From Azolla caroliniana (taxonomy: Eukaryota; Plantae; Polypodiophyta): DNA of 64,000 nucleotides. The notes beneath the pieces were generated by a model that saw nothing but the letters and a program-made list of their open reading frames with translations, was not told the origin of the DNA and made no database searches. The translations under genes were made by a program, and so were the position numbers. This document shows positions 1 to 13,400 of this stretch, piece by piece (the first letter of the stretch is position 1; each line of letters starts with the position of its first letter). The stretch spans positions 18,228,001-18,292,000 of the forward strand of contig JBHGNT010000015.1 of the NCBI GenBank assembly GCA_043228905.1, in the 5' to 3' direction.

Positions 1-926
1 TTTAGGAAGGTGACAATTGAGTTTAAATTGTCAACAAATTGCTCTTGATAATTGCCAACAAGAAGCATTGTATTGCTCTCAGAATGACCCATGAATGACT
101 CCTAATGCTCTGAAAATGATTCATGACACAATAATTATTGGGAAATTGATCTATGATGGCTCATTTGCAAAAAATACTTCTTTATGATTCCCATTTCTTT
201 ACGCCCCGACTCTCTTTGTGGTTTCTTTAGACCCTAGAGTGACACTACATTTTGCTTAGAGATGGCAAGGAAGCTTTTTTACGTATGTGTAGATTTTGTG
301 TCTATAGTTTCAAGTCGTGGTTGAAGTGAAAGCTTCAAATAATCACTTGGTGGTGATGCTACAACACTTCAGGTAAATATGGTACCAAATAGGCATATGC
401 ACAAGTTATACCTAGATACGAGGAACTAGAGATATCAAGCAATATTGGGCCACACTATGTGAAGCTACAAAACAAGGTATTCGACATCCTAGTTCAAAAA
501 GATTATGTGTCGGTGGATGCATCATAATCTTTCTCCACCTTGGATCCTTCATTACATGAGTAATAGACCTTGCCTCCTTAATAATGTCTTCAAGTATCAC
601 CACCATAAGTTTTAGGTTAGTGATTTGATCCATAACAAGATTCCACCATACTAACTCTATTTTGCTAGAACTTCTTGGATGTATATAGTTTGGTCTTTGA
701 TCCACAAACTTGGGTCAATGTCAAGGAGTCAATCCACGCATTCAAGAAGTGACATTCTAACTATAACCTAATTGAATTTCTTCGGGTTCACTTCTCATAA
801 AGTTGATCAACATTAGTAGCAGTAGCTCATGTATTGTATGTTTTAACTTTGGCCAGTCTATGGTATATCTTCCTTTCAATGTCTTAGATATCCCATATAA
901 GATATTGTTAGGTATTTTGTCCCTCT

Positions 927-1370
927 TATTGGGGGAAGTCGACGATCGAATTCTAGTCGATCGACCGGATCGACCAACAAATTGACTAAACTGAAGGTCG
1001 ACTAAATCGAAGAACTTTGAGAGTCAACCAGTTAGGTCGACTTGGAGGTCGGAGATGGAGTCGACTAGTTGGATGGATCGGGTGGTTGAAGACAAAGCCG
1101 ACTAGGCAGATCGACCGAATAGTCGAAAATAGGAGTTGACTTGTGGGTCGAACAGTCAAGTCGACCGATTAACTATTAGTATTATATTATAATGTTAAGA
1201 ATCGGATGGATTCTTGTGGCGGAAGAACTGTGTGTGTGTGTGGAGAGAGAGAGAGAGAGAGGGAGAGAGAGAGATACAAAAAAATAAAAAATTGTATTAA
1301 CAAGGAAAATGAGAATAACCAACACTTACAAAGAGAAGGAGAAGGTGCTTATGTAGTCACCTCAGTTGGT
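927..1370 (-). mobile_element. Probable LTR remnant of the adjacent Copia element
   Basis: Abrupt switch at TATTGGGGG (decayed TGTTG terminus) to GTCGAC-rich sequence with (GT)n(GA)n, abutting the Copia RNase H end. No partner LTR or PPT seen. Confidence 0.4.
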
Positions 1371-1384
1371 CGATAATCGAAAGA

Positions 1385-2769
1385 CCCATGTTCGTCATGA
1401 ACTGCCGCAACTTGTTGATTTTGAGGGCCTTGGTAAAGATGTCGACCGTCTGTAGGGTCCTGTTGATGTGTTGCAGTTTGACATCCCCAGCCAGAACATG
1501 CTCTCAGATGAAGTGATTGTGCACTTCGATGTGCTTAATCTAAGCGTGGAAGACTAGGTTCCGAGCGAGGTGAATACTGCTCATGTTGTCACAGTAGAGG
1601 AGAATCGGATCCTTGATGGGAACGCCTAGGTCCTTCAATGTTCTCTTGAGCCAAAAAGCTTCACATGCGGCTATAGCTACGCCCATTTATTTGGCTTTGG
1701 TGCTTGACAGTGCGACTGCCGGTTGTTTCTTACTACTCCACAATATGACGCCGTTGTCGAGGGAGAACACAAATCCGGATGTCGATCATTGGTCGGCTCT
1801 ATAGCCGTCCCAGTTTGCATCGATATACCTTTTGAGTCAAATCGCTGTGTCCGATTTGTAGGGGATGCCGAAATCCATCATTCCACTCACATACCTTAGC
1901 ACTCGCTTGGCACAATCGAGATGGATGTCTCACGGAGTTTGCATGAACTGGTTAAGGAGGCCGACCGAGTAACTCAGGTCGGGTCGGGTGATTGTGAGGT
2001 AGATGAGGCTTCCAACTAGCCGACGATAGAGCATCGGCTCACACTCTCTTGTGCCTGAGTCAACATCTAGCTTTAGATTTCGATCAAGAGGGGTAGTGAT
2101 GGGCTTAAATATTCTGTCATCCCAAATTTGAAGAGAAGATCAAGGATATAATGTCGTTGGGAGATCAGGATGCCATTGGGGGTCTGAATTACTTCTATTC
2201 CTAGAAAGTAATGGAGCTCCTTCATGTTGGTCATTTCAAATCGGTTGGAGAGGAGCTTCTTGATGTGCTATGCATCTACTAAATGCTCTCCTCCTATGAC
2301 CAAGTCATCCACATAAATGATGATAAATACCTATCCTCTGGCGTCGCTTCGGATGAACAAAGAGTTGTCGGACTTGGATATGTTGAAGCCGATTTGATGA
2401 AGATATTGCGTGATCTTTGAGTGTCATGCCCTCGGTGCTTGCTTGAGACCGTAGAGAGGCTTTTTGAGTCGGCAAACAACAGTCGTATGTGTAGTCGATC
2501 CAAATCCAAGGGGTTGTAACATGTACACATCATCTTCTAGCTCGCCTTGGAGAAAGGCATTCTGTATGTCCATTTGGTGGAGGTGCCCTTTTGCTATTGT
2601 AAGCATGATCACAATTTGAATTGTAGTCATCTTTGCCACCGAGGCAAAGGTCTCTTCGTAGTCGACACCGTGCGTCTGTGCATAGCCTTTCGTCACAAGC
2701 CGAGCCTTGTACCGATTGACAGTGCGGTCGGCATTGTGCTTTACTTTGAAGATCCACTGACATCCAATT
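1385..2769 (-). pseudogene. Ty1/Copia RT-RNase H, degenerate
   Basis: Minus-strand motifs IGCQWIFKVKH, KGYAQTHGVDYEETF, HQMDIQNAFLQG, LYGLKQAPRA and DIFTKAL, with many stops and frameshifts. Confidence 0.9.
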
Positions 2770-2803
2770 AGAGTTAGAATTAGAATTAGAATTAGAATTA
2801 GAA
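2768..2803 (-). repeat. (TTCTAA)n tandem 3' tail of LINE-A
   Basis: About six TTAGAA units on + (first is TTAGAG), about 75 bp past the LINE ORF2 stop and at the junction with Copia RT. Confidence 0.8.
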
Positions 2804-2879
2804 TTTTTTATCGTCCATAAAGAGGCCAATTTTGACTTATGGGACCAGAGTATACATGTGTTCTTGATATGTCTCCTTC

Positions 2880-4193
2880 CTAAGAAGGGGTATTCATACA
2901 TTGAAGCACAAAGTCTCTATGTGTGAATAAAGCATACACATATGAGCTTAACCTTCTCAGTGGTGTCTTAAGTATGACACTTAAGTTATCACTCCCTCTT
3001 ACTATGTCAACATATCTTGAACGAATTGCACTATATGTCGAGCATGTGAAGAGCAAGCGACATTCATCCTCTACCATGCCTTCATTGCATACTTTGCATG
3101 TCTTCAAGTCCGTTACATTTTGTTACCATGATGCAACTTCAATACCTAACTTGTGAGATCGAGTGCGAAATAGTGTAAGGGCTCTACCAACATTACTACT
3201 CATATTGGTAATGAGATAAGGTTGGATACAATCAATAGGCATTCTTGCTTTATATTGAGACCAACATTCAAGGTTGACATTTGCAATGTAGTATTCTAGC
3301 TTTGTCCTCTTAGCATCTTCTCACTTCATCCTTAATGATTCCACCAACCTTTCCTCAATCATTACATATTGCATAGCATTTCCCGAAAGCTCTAAAAGAT
3401 CATCCACACCCCATCTTCTAAACCATTTCCTTTTGTCAACAACCCAACCAGATGAGAGAATCTTACTTTTATGATTCTTTTGTAGCTTCCATCTAACATT
3501 CCAAGCAAGATGTGGTAATCGATCATTCGGCATATGCTTTAGTTTTGTAATGTATTTATATACTCTTTGGAGTGCCAATAGTTCTATGGGTCGAACACAT
3601 GTTTCCAAGAGCATAACATGGTAAGAGGTAGTGCATTTAACTCCTAATTGCCTCCTTAAAAACATCTTTTGAATTTTCTCAATCTCATTTCATGCTTTAA
3701 GAGAGATGGTGCCACCCCATACTTCTACTCCATAAACCAATACTTGAGTTACCATGGCATTGAACAACATTAGTTTTACTTCCCATCCACAAGTATCACT
3801 TGGATTGCATTGGTTTTCCAAAAGGTACTACGATTTCCAACCGGCTTGGAGCCTAGAATCAAAGCATGCACTCCATTTAATTGTGGCGGGTAAATCAATA
3901 CCAAGATAGTTAAAGCTTCGAACAAATTGTATATGTTCTCCTCTATATGTGTGTTAGGATTTCGGTCCCTGCTGATGGGATATGAGTACCCGGCAAGGGA
4001 GACCCAGTGAGAACCGGATGATGTAGGCTTGGTGATAACCTCTCACCGGGTGAAGGGTCATATAGGTAAATATGTTTCTGAGAGCCCACTGGGGCTATAT
4101 TTGTAAATAGTCCTAATGTCATATTAGTATAAATATGACCTAGGGCAAACACTTATGCGTGTTGGTCATTCTTTGTGTTGTTGTTGTAACTGT

Positions 4194-4292
<99 letters not shown>

Positions 4293-4458
4293 CGATTCTC
4301 TGTTGTAACCGCCGCTAGGCGAAGAGTGTGAGCACGAGGTCGTTGCCTTTGTCCCTTGCTATATTCTTTGACACAGTGATAGTTTGGAGTCAGTGGGCTC
4401 CCGTGGTTTTTCCCTCTCAGGGTTTTCTACGTTAACATCTTGTGTACTCTCTTCTTTA

Positions 4459-4500
<42 letters not shown>

Positions 4501-6875
4501 ATATACGTGTATTTACCCTCCATTCCCATTCTCGGTGTTTCGATTCTAAACGACACAATCTGAGACTCGGTTGTGGACTAGTAATATTCTACATATTTTG
4601 CGTCAATGTGAGCATAGGGTAATGATGAGTTTGGATGGTTTGCACTACCATCATTTTTGTTTTCTCCACATTCACTACTAGTTCCCTGCTATGGCAAAAT
4701 TCTTCTAATAACCCAAGTAAATGTTGCATACTATCAACATCATATGAGAAGAGTACCACATCATTTGCATATAGAAGTAATAAGATAACATGTTGCATCA
4801 ATTTGGGGGCATTCAATCCTTTTTCTCTTGCAACCTTATTCACCACTTCTTCTAATTTATCAATACATAAGCCAAAGAGTGTGGGTGATAGTGGACATCC
4901 TTGCTTGATCCCCATGTTACTTAAAAAGTGCTTTGAGAATCCATTATCCATTATTAGTTGGCATTTAACTTGTTCATATCTAGGTGTGCAATAGCAACTC
5001 GGTACTCTAATGGCATGTCAATCTCTACCATTCTATTCCAAAGCTCACTTTGTGGTACGGTATCAAAAGCTTTCTTGAAATCAATAAAACAACAATCAAG
5101 TGCTTTTCCTTGTAGTCGACTCTCTTCCATGATTACTCTCAATGTGACCAAATGATCCACAGTGGAATGTTTTGGTCTAAATCCTGCTTGCCAAGTGCTC
5201 TTTTGCTTGTACTTTTAGCCCATGTGCTTATCTTTTGCTCCACAATAGTGCTATATAATTTGGCAATAGTTGAGCTCACCATTATTATATGATAATTTGA
5301 TACTTGATTCTTATTCCCAGCTTTAAATATTGGTTTAATCCAATCCATAAGCCAATCATTTGGAAATCCTTGTTTTATAGCTTGCTCTATAATTGTCATT
5401 ATCCAATGACGAGTATGTGGGATTGTCCATTTTAAAAGCTCACTTGAGATGTAGGTTGCATCTGTTGCTTTCCCACTCGCCATCTTATCGACATCATCAA
5501 TATCAATACATGTAGTGCATGGTGTTTCAATTTTCTCAACCATAGGAGCCACACCTTCATGCATATATAGCCTTTGTACATAGTCTAACATCTCTTCATA
5601 TGTACAATGACCTTTGACATCTTCTTTCTTACCCTTGAGTTGTCCCCATGCTAATTTTGGTTTGAGCTTAAACACGTTTTTCTTTTTCATCTCTTGCATT
5701 TGGAAATATCTTCTTTTCTTTCTCCTCACTACTTTCTTATATAGGTGCCATGCAACAATATTACATCTCTTTTCGTCTTCTATGGACATAAACCATTTGA
5801 GATACATCTTACATTCATTGTCGAACAAAGAATTACATGGAAAACTACACATCTTATGCCCACCCACATGCCTCTTAAAGTATTGATATCCAACCTCAAG
5901 GATGATCTCCTTCAAATGTTGCCAATTTTCTTTAACATTGTTGCTTAGAGAAAAATTTAACAAATGGTTCTCCACTTCATTTGCATACATCTTAGCTTTG
6001 TCGTAACAAGGTCGGATGATACATCTCTTTTCGTCTTTCACTCCATGGCATCTATTGGTAAAATGTGGAATTGCAAGCTCTAAGTACAATGGCTTGTGGT
6101 CTGATTCCGGAGATAGAGAGCTAACTTTAAACACATTCACCAATGATAGATCACATGCCAACATTAATGCGTAATCAACCACACTTCCTCCACTAGAGGA
6201 TGGTAAACATGTGAACACATTTGTCAATGGGAATGCCATTAGACCATTTAGGATAATCAAGTTTGTGCAATTTAGCATTTGTATCAAAAGTTTTCCATAA
6301 TCTGACATGACACAATCCTTTGAGTCACGCAATAGACAATGTTCTACTACATTTTCTTCAAATGTCTCCACATTTTGGAAATTTCCAACTCTTGCATTGA
6401 AGTCTCCCATGATTAAAACTTTACCAAGATTCTCAAATGAAAGTATATCATGGCATAATTTTGTAAAAGGATTGTCACAATCAAACCCAAACCTACTATA
6501 GTAGTTTGAGTCTTTGTGAGGAATGTAACATGCAACTATATATAACTTCTCTTTCCCCAAATTAACCTCTATCCATATGTATCTCTTATAGTCATCATAT
6601 TTGCATACTTTGATAGAATTATCTAAGCCCTCATGGTAGATACATGCTATCCTGACACACCCAATATTCCCTTTGGAGTGAGGCCATATCGATTTTATGA
6701 GGTAACCATCTATCCTAGGTATACGTTTTGCCTCATGCTCCCATGTTTCAACCAAAAATATAATATCCATACCTTGAGCTACATCATTGAGTCCTAAACC
6801 CTTATTCCATGGATATCCTCTACAATTCCAAAACATTACTTTCAATCGTGAAGCGCTTATAGTCCCATAGGTCAT
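2880..6875 (-). pseudogene. LINE-A ORF2 (endonuclease-RT), frameshifted and interrupted
   Basis: WNCRG, LVETW, IMGDFNAR, VDY and SDHKP (APE); FIDFKKAFDTV, GIKQGCPLSPTLF, LLYAND and YLG (RT); CKVC...EDECRLLFTC. Confidence 0.9.
3952..4605 (+). mobile_element. Solo LTR (relative of the young Copia family), TSD ATGTG
   Basis: TG...CA termini; ATGTG at 3947-3951 and 4606-4610; start resembles the LTR at 59970; removal restores LINE frame PMLTYRGEHIQFV; internal (TA)n(GA)n and (GT)n. Confidence 0.93.
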
Positions 6876-6881
6876 TGCTTG

Positions 6882-7619
6882 CTATGCATTTTGATTTGCT
6901 TTCCTAGATGCATATGCTTGCCTTCTACGTTCTTGCTCTTGTGGAGTTCTATCCTCTGTTACAAAAAAACTTGTCCCTTTTAAGTACACCTTACTACTAT
7001 CTAGAATCATTGCCCTTTTATGTTCATCAAGGATTGTACAAACAATAGCTCGAGATGACTTTCCCTCTAGTTGCTTTTTGCAAACCCTATGTGCGGCATA
7101 TACAATAACATCTCGCATTGCAAAGTGATCTTCAAAGAATTTTGTAATATTCTCTCCAAGAGATAATGCATTCTTTGTTTCATTCTCTTGCATACCTCTA
7201 ATGACAATATTATTCTTTCTTCTTTCGATTTCATATTGCTCCTTTGCATCGAACACATCCATGGTATGAGAATGCCTTTACGTGATTTTTAGTGTTTCTT
7301 TCAAGAGAACATCTTTCCACCTTGTCACAATCACATCTTCCTTCCCTTCAATTGTAGACTTTATTTTAGCATTTGCTTTCACTAAAATCTCTTTTTCTGC
7401 TTCAAGATTCAACATTTTTCTTTCTATTTCAGGCATCCGATTATCTTGCATTTGAATAGTCATGTTCTTCATTGCATGTAGTTCTTCACGCAAAACTTTA
7501 ATATCTAACTTTTGCATTTCCATTGTATGTTGAAGAGTTAATTCTCTCTCCTTACAAGCATACATTTCGCTTTGCATATGCATCATTGTCTCTTGTAATG
7601 AGATATACATAGCTGCCAT
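6882..7619 (-). pseudogene. LINE-A ORF1 (coiled coil plus RRM-like domain), split in two
   Basis: Heptad-rich 7278-7619, then RRKNNIVIRG...LKGTSFFVTED typical of LINE ORF1; ends 6 bp before the ORF2 ATG. Confidence 0.75.
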
Positions 7620-7838
7620 CTTTAACTTTTACTCCTCTTAGGATATTTGCTATTAATAAAAAGATAGAAGAAGTAGAACGTACCTTTCAATCGATTTAGG
7701 GTTTCAAAGTCTACCTTGAGTTTGAGGAACCGCGGGGCAACGAGGGCCGTAGACGAAAATGCTCATAACTTCTCACCACAGTAAAGGAATTCAACAAATA
7801 AACATTCGTTAGAAAGCTCTCTGAAAGAGCTTTCCAAT

Positions 7839-8683
7839 TGACGGGAACCCAACACTCCTTATGCGCAACGCTCGGCCGCAACCGAGCTTAGAATGATACA
7901 CAAATAAAACGAGACACAAAGAAGGAGAGAATACACAGGAGGTTTACGTGGAAAACCCCAAACTAGGGGAAAAACCACGGCAGCCCACAGGCTGCAAACT
8001 GTCACTATGTAGGAATATACAACAGTGAGTTCACTAAGGCACCGACCTAGTGCTCACAAATCTTCGCCACAGGCGGCGGTTACAACAGAGGCAACGACCT
8101 CTTTCTCTCTCTCTCTCTCTCTGTACAGTTACGCACACTGATCTCGTGCAAAACAGAAAATGACAACCACAACTAAAAGTTTGCCCTAAGTCATATTTAT
8201 ACTAATATGAATTTTCGGCTATTTACAAATATAGCCTCGATGGGCCCTCAGAAACATATTTACGAATATGTCTCTTCCTCTGGTTCTCACCAGTTCTGCA
8301 CCATCCGGCTCTCCGTAGCCGGGTACTCCTCATCCGGTTCACACCGGGCTTGCACCATCCGGCTCTCCGTAGCCGGGTACTCCTCATCCGGTTCACACCG
8401 GGCCTGTATCATCCGGCTCTCCGTAGCCGGGTACTCATCCGGTCTTCACCGGGACTGTATCATCCGGCTCTCCGTAGCCGGGTACTCCTCATCCGGTCCT
8501 CACCGGGTCTGTATCATCCGGCTCTCCGTAGCCGGGTACTCCTCATCCGGTCCTCACCGGGTCTATATCATCCGGCTCTCCGTAGCCGGGTACTCCTCAT
8601 ACCGTTTCGGCCGAGGCCGAGCCGAGTTTGTTCGTCGGCACTGTTCTTCTCCCTTCCCATCCGGAGGGACCTGTCTCCCAACA
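7839..8683 (-). mobile_element. Solo LTR (Copia-related), TSD CCAAT
   Basis: TG...CA termini; CCAAT at 7834-7838 and 8684-8688; shares blocks (TTTACGTGGAAAACCC, CACAGGCGGCGGT, GCCCTAAGTCATATTTATAC) with the LTRs at 47214 and 51951. Confidence 0.93.
8275..8600. repeat. About six 54-bp tandem repeats in the U3 of the solo LTR
   Basis: CATCCGGCTCTCCGTAGCCGGGTACTC... recurring; 18-aa periodicity in ORF 8207..8713. Confidence 0.9.
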
Positions 8684-8734
8684 CCAATGAGCTATAGAAC
8701 ACAAGAACAATGATGGGAAAGAGACGGACACATT

Positions 8735-8736
<2 letters not shown>

Positions 8737-8813
<77 letters not shown>
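8737..8813. repeat. (AG)n microsatellite
   Basis: Perfect dinucleotide run. Confidence 0.98.
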
Positions 8814-8816
<3 letters not shown>

Positions 8817-9080
8817 CGCAAAGTTCGGAGTAGTTGGAGAAGGGCAAACACTAATTTTGATGTATCTTCTTGCTATGGTGTCCGTTTCCTTTGTTCTTTA
8901 GCTCGTTTCGAAGCCTGCACATAGAACTTTCTAAAGAGTATCTGCATGTATCATTTGGAGGTCTTGGTAGAACGTTACAAGTAAAAATTCCATTCGATTG
9001 CATGCATCTCATGATTGCTTGCTTTGATTCCTTCTCCAACACAATTACTTGTAAGTGAACTCTCTCCTATTTCTTGTCAT

Positions 9081-10421
9081 ATGGATGGTAGTGTTTTCAT
9101 GAATATGGATGAGTCTCCAAATTCTTCAAAGGATGCGTGCATGGTTGAGTTAGTATCAAGCCCAAGAGGGGATGGTAAAAGAAAACGATGTATTGGAGAT
9201 AATAGTAATGACATGTCTTATGCTGATGCAATGCGACAAGATGATAGTCATTGGGAACATTTAAGATGCATGGCAAATATATTAATGGAAGATTATATAA
9301 GGGAGAATGTGAAAGTTGCTGAGGAGTTTGTTGATGATGAAGTGGCTAAGGTAGAAATAGACAATAAGGAGTTTTTGGGCTCATTTGCTAATTTTTGTGA
9401 TAAAGGGGTCATATTGTTTTTCACGGGAAAGATACCTTTCCTTTGGAGGGTCAAACAATGGTTACATGGGATTTTACAAGCTGATTGTGTTCAGGATGTT
9501 TATGCTGGTCCTTGTGGATTTTATGAGGTTGTTTTGGTATCACAAGAGTATAAAGAGAAATTACTCAATAAATTGCCAGTTTTTTATGAGAAAAGTTTGG
9601 TTCATATTGTTCCGTGGAGACCATTAGTGGAATACTAAGATATATTAAAGCAAGAGTGTCCCGTATGGGTTGAGGTAGAGTGCACATATTTAGTGGTTTG
9701 GCCAATATTACGGTCAGCGATGGAAAAGTTGGGAAAGATCTTGGTGCCTCCTAGTGCTAATGCTCAAAATCGATATTGGATGTGTATTCTTTGGAATACT
9801 GCTATAAAGAGGTCAAGTTGTTTACAGATTGCATGTTCTGGTATGCCACCTATGTATTTTCGGCTTAAATGGGGTACATTTGCAGGACATTGTTTCCATT
9901 GTGGTGTGTTGGGGCATTTTATGGCTGAATGTCCTCAAAAAAGAAATAATGTAGTGGAAGTGGTACATGAAGAGCCTACAACTCATGATCAGATTCAAGA
10001 TTTGACAATTTCAGAGCAAACAAAGGAACCACAAATTGTGAATGAGAAGGATGGAAAGACTCTAGAGGATGAAGGACAATGGTCAATAGTTTCTGGAAAG
10101 ATGAAGAAGTCTAATAAAAATGTTGGGCATAATGTATCTATGGAGAAGGTCACACCGACACATCCCATGTGGAATAAACCATGGGCTCGTCAAGAGGACT
10201 ATCCAAAGAAATTATCTGTTGATAATAAAGGTAATTTGTATGTTCCTTGGAATAAACGAAAATCGGTGCCTCGTTCACATGAGGAGCCATCGGGGTTTGG
10301 AGTTTTGCATTCCCATAGTAATTCATATGCAATCTTAGGGGATTTATTTCAGGATATGGCAGAAACATTAGCAATGAAGGAGAAGGAGATTTCTCGAATA
10401 AAAGGAAAAAATAAAGTATGA
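9081..10421 (+). pseudogene. LINE-B ORF1 with CCHC zinc knuckle, one in-frame stop
   Basis: ORFs 9015..9638 and 9693..10421 share a frame; CFHCGVLGHFMAEC; stop overlaps the ORF2 start (ATGA). Confidence 0.85.
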
Positions 10422-13400
10422 AGATCACCACATGGAATGTGAGGGGATTGTGTTCTAGATTTAGAATGCATGAGGTTTGGAGGATTGTGTTAAGTGAGCA
10501 ATGGGATGTTTTATGTGCAGTAGAGCATAAAGATCATCGGAATGCTGGTTTAATTAGTTATTCTAAGGGTTATACATTATGTTATGCTGGCAAGGTTCAT
10601 GGGGATTATTCTAGGATTGCCATGTTTATAAGAGATAAATTTCACCCAAAAGTAATTGTTTCAGATGAATCTGGAAGATTTATTGTGGTAGAGATATGTT
10701 ATGAAGGGCAAGCTATTTGGTTAGTTGGTGTGTATGCATCAAATGTTTCACAAGAACGAAAGTTGTTATGGAGATCTCTAAACTCAGTGCTTCATAATGG
10801 TAGACCGGGTTTATTGATGGGAGATTTTAATGTTTGTTGTGAGACAGATCAATCAACATCTATCCACTCTATTATGGATGGACTAGAGGCTCAAGAATGG
10901 GGAGATTTTGAGACTGAAGTCATGTTAAGGGATGTATGGAAATGGATCAAGGGAGATGAACCTGGTTATACCTTTCAATCGGCTCAATATAAGGATACTT
11001 GGAGTAGGTTGGATCGAATGTATGTAATGCATACCGAAGGTTTTTTACCAGAGATTTTGGATATTTCAGTGTCTTATGGGTCAATTATATCAGATCATTT
11101 CCCATTAATTTTTGAGTTCAATCACCACTCAATTAGAGGTTTTCATGAGTTTTTAGGAAAACCACCGTTGATTTTTAATTCATCATTTTTGGATCATGAG
11201 GTCTTCCATGCCTATATGCATAGATTGACACATGCGTAATATTCATCATATTCTCCATGCGTGATATTCTCAATATTCGAGAATACAAAATGGCCCTAAG
11301 AATATTTAAAAACCATTCGTTTTGTAAAATAAATATACAATTAATTAATTAATTTAAAAATAAATAAATTTAATTCACTAAAACAAGAACAATTATTCAT
11401 TAATAAATTATAAAAATATGATTAGTATAAGCTCTCCTTTCTAGTGTCAAATAAAAAAAGAAGAGAGTTTATGAACCTTTATTTTATTTAAATAATTGAT
11501 TTTTTTATTTAAAAAAACGAATAGTTTTATATTTACTATGAAAACATGATTAATGTGAAGTCTCAATTTTAATGTCACGTAAAAATATCCATAAATTTTG
11601 GGAAAAGAAAAGGTGAAGAATTAATGAACCTTTATTTTATTTTATTTATTTATTAAAAATAAAGCGAAAATTTAATTTAATTAATTAATTAATTTAGTAA
11701 AGAATCAAGATCTCCAATGAAAATTTATTACTGCCAAGTCTCTCTAAACTCTCTATTTTATTATCCCCTTTTTATTGTCAAGTCCCCCTTTTTTTCCTAA
11801 GAAACTAAAAGGAGGGAGTTCATCTCATTTTTTTTCCTTTTTTTTAAAACGAATACTTGACCACACGAATGTATGCGTATTCGTTTGCATTCGAATGGAA
11901 AATCCCAGGAATGCGAATATGTCAATCTATGCCTATATGTGTCAATTGATTGATGCATTTGCGTATCGTGTTCAATTTGATGGGTATGAAGCGTGGGAAG
12001 TATTTGTTGCAAATGTTTAGAGGTTAACTAGATATTATGGAATTCACCATGCTTTTAAAAGGAGAAAGAAATTAAGTCTCCTAGTTAATTTGCTTGATAA
12101 ATGCAACTCATTGTTAACTTATTGGCCAACGGATGTAGAGTTGATGGGATATCAAGAGGTATTAATTTCTGCGATGCATGACCTAACGGCAAAAAATTAT
12201 AAACATGCTAGACTACATCGTCTAAGACAAGAAGTGGATGATGCTAATTGTCAATCACATAAGTTTTTCCATGACCTTCATGAATCACATGCACGACATA
12301 ATGTGGTAAGGTTAGAGGAAAATGGTATCATGTATTCCGATCCTCAAGAAATTGTGAAGAAATGCATAGAATATTATACACAATTGTTGGATGTACAAGT
12401 GTGTATCGATGATAATGTTAAAAAGGATAGAGATGTATTTTTTAATGGAGTGAAAAATCATGTATCGCATGATGTGGCACAATCATTAGATGCTAATATT
12501 TCAGAGGATGAGGTGGAACATGTCATGTCACATCTTGCTAATGATAAGAGTCCTGGGTGGGATGGATTAACACATGAACTCTTTAAGAAATATGTGATTA
12601 AGTTAAAGGGGCCTTTTACGATTTTATTTCAGAAGGTGTGGACATTAAGGGAAATGCCTCATTCTTGGAAGATTGGTTTGATCAAGCTTTTGCCGAAGGT
12701 GCCTTCTCCATCTTCCTTTGCTCAATGGAGGCCTATTTCATTGACGGGGGGAATGTACAAGATTTTTGCAAAGGTGATGGCCAATAGGTTGCATAAGGTT
12801 TTACCTTCTATTATTCATAATGCTCAATATGGGTTTTTAGCAAAAAGAGACATTTTACATAATATTTTAAATGTTCAAACGGCAATTGACTATGCAAAGG
12901 AGTCTAAACAAGAATTAGTGTTGCTACAATTGGATATTGAGAAAGTCTATGATAATGTGGATTGGTCATTTATAAATCAATTGATGTCTCATATGGGTTT
13001 TGGTGATCGTATGTCTAAGTTGATATACACATTAGGGGAGGGTTCGGTTTCACATGTGATGTTTAATGGAGGAGTAACCCAACCGATTTCTATTCGGAGG
13101 TCAGTTAGCCAAGGATGCCCGGTAAGTCCTTTACTATTCACTATTGTGACACATCCTATTCTTGTTAAGTTACCCAATATGGCTATGGGGGAAGAATTGC
13201 TTGGACTAAGGTTGCCATCAGGGAAGCCATGTATTGTTCAAGCTCTCGCAGATGACCATATTATGTTTTTGGCAGCTAATCGGGAAAATATTAGTAAGAC
13301 AAGAGATGTGTGGGAATTGTTTTCAAATGCTTCGGGGTTGAGAATTAATATACATAAATCTGTCCTCATTTCATGTACAGAACAAGATGTGTTAGGGTTC

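Larger units (their letters stand above)
2768..8735 (-). mobile_element. LINE-A: near full-length non-LTR retrotransposon (RTEX/L2-like), interrupted by two solo LTRs
   Basis: ORF1, APE endonuclease, RT, C-terminal CxxC..C zinc finger and microsatellite tail. 5' boundary approximate. Confidence 0.85.

Noticed and set aside
1-926. ORFs 412..705 and 803..985 and the surrounding sequence
   Set aside because: No recognisable motif; probably old repeat debris, left unassigned.
2768-2803. Telomere-like hexamer array
   Set aside because: The unit is TTAGAA and it sits exactly at a LINE 3' end.
7834-7839. CCAATT as TSD of LINE-A (also near 2764-2769)
   Set aside because: CCAAT is the TSD of the solo LTR 7839-8683.
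8207-8713. Repetitive 168-aa ORF
   Set aside because: By-product of the 54-bp LTR tandem repeat.
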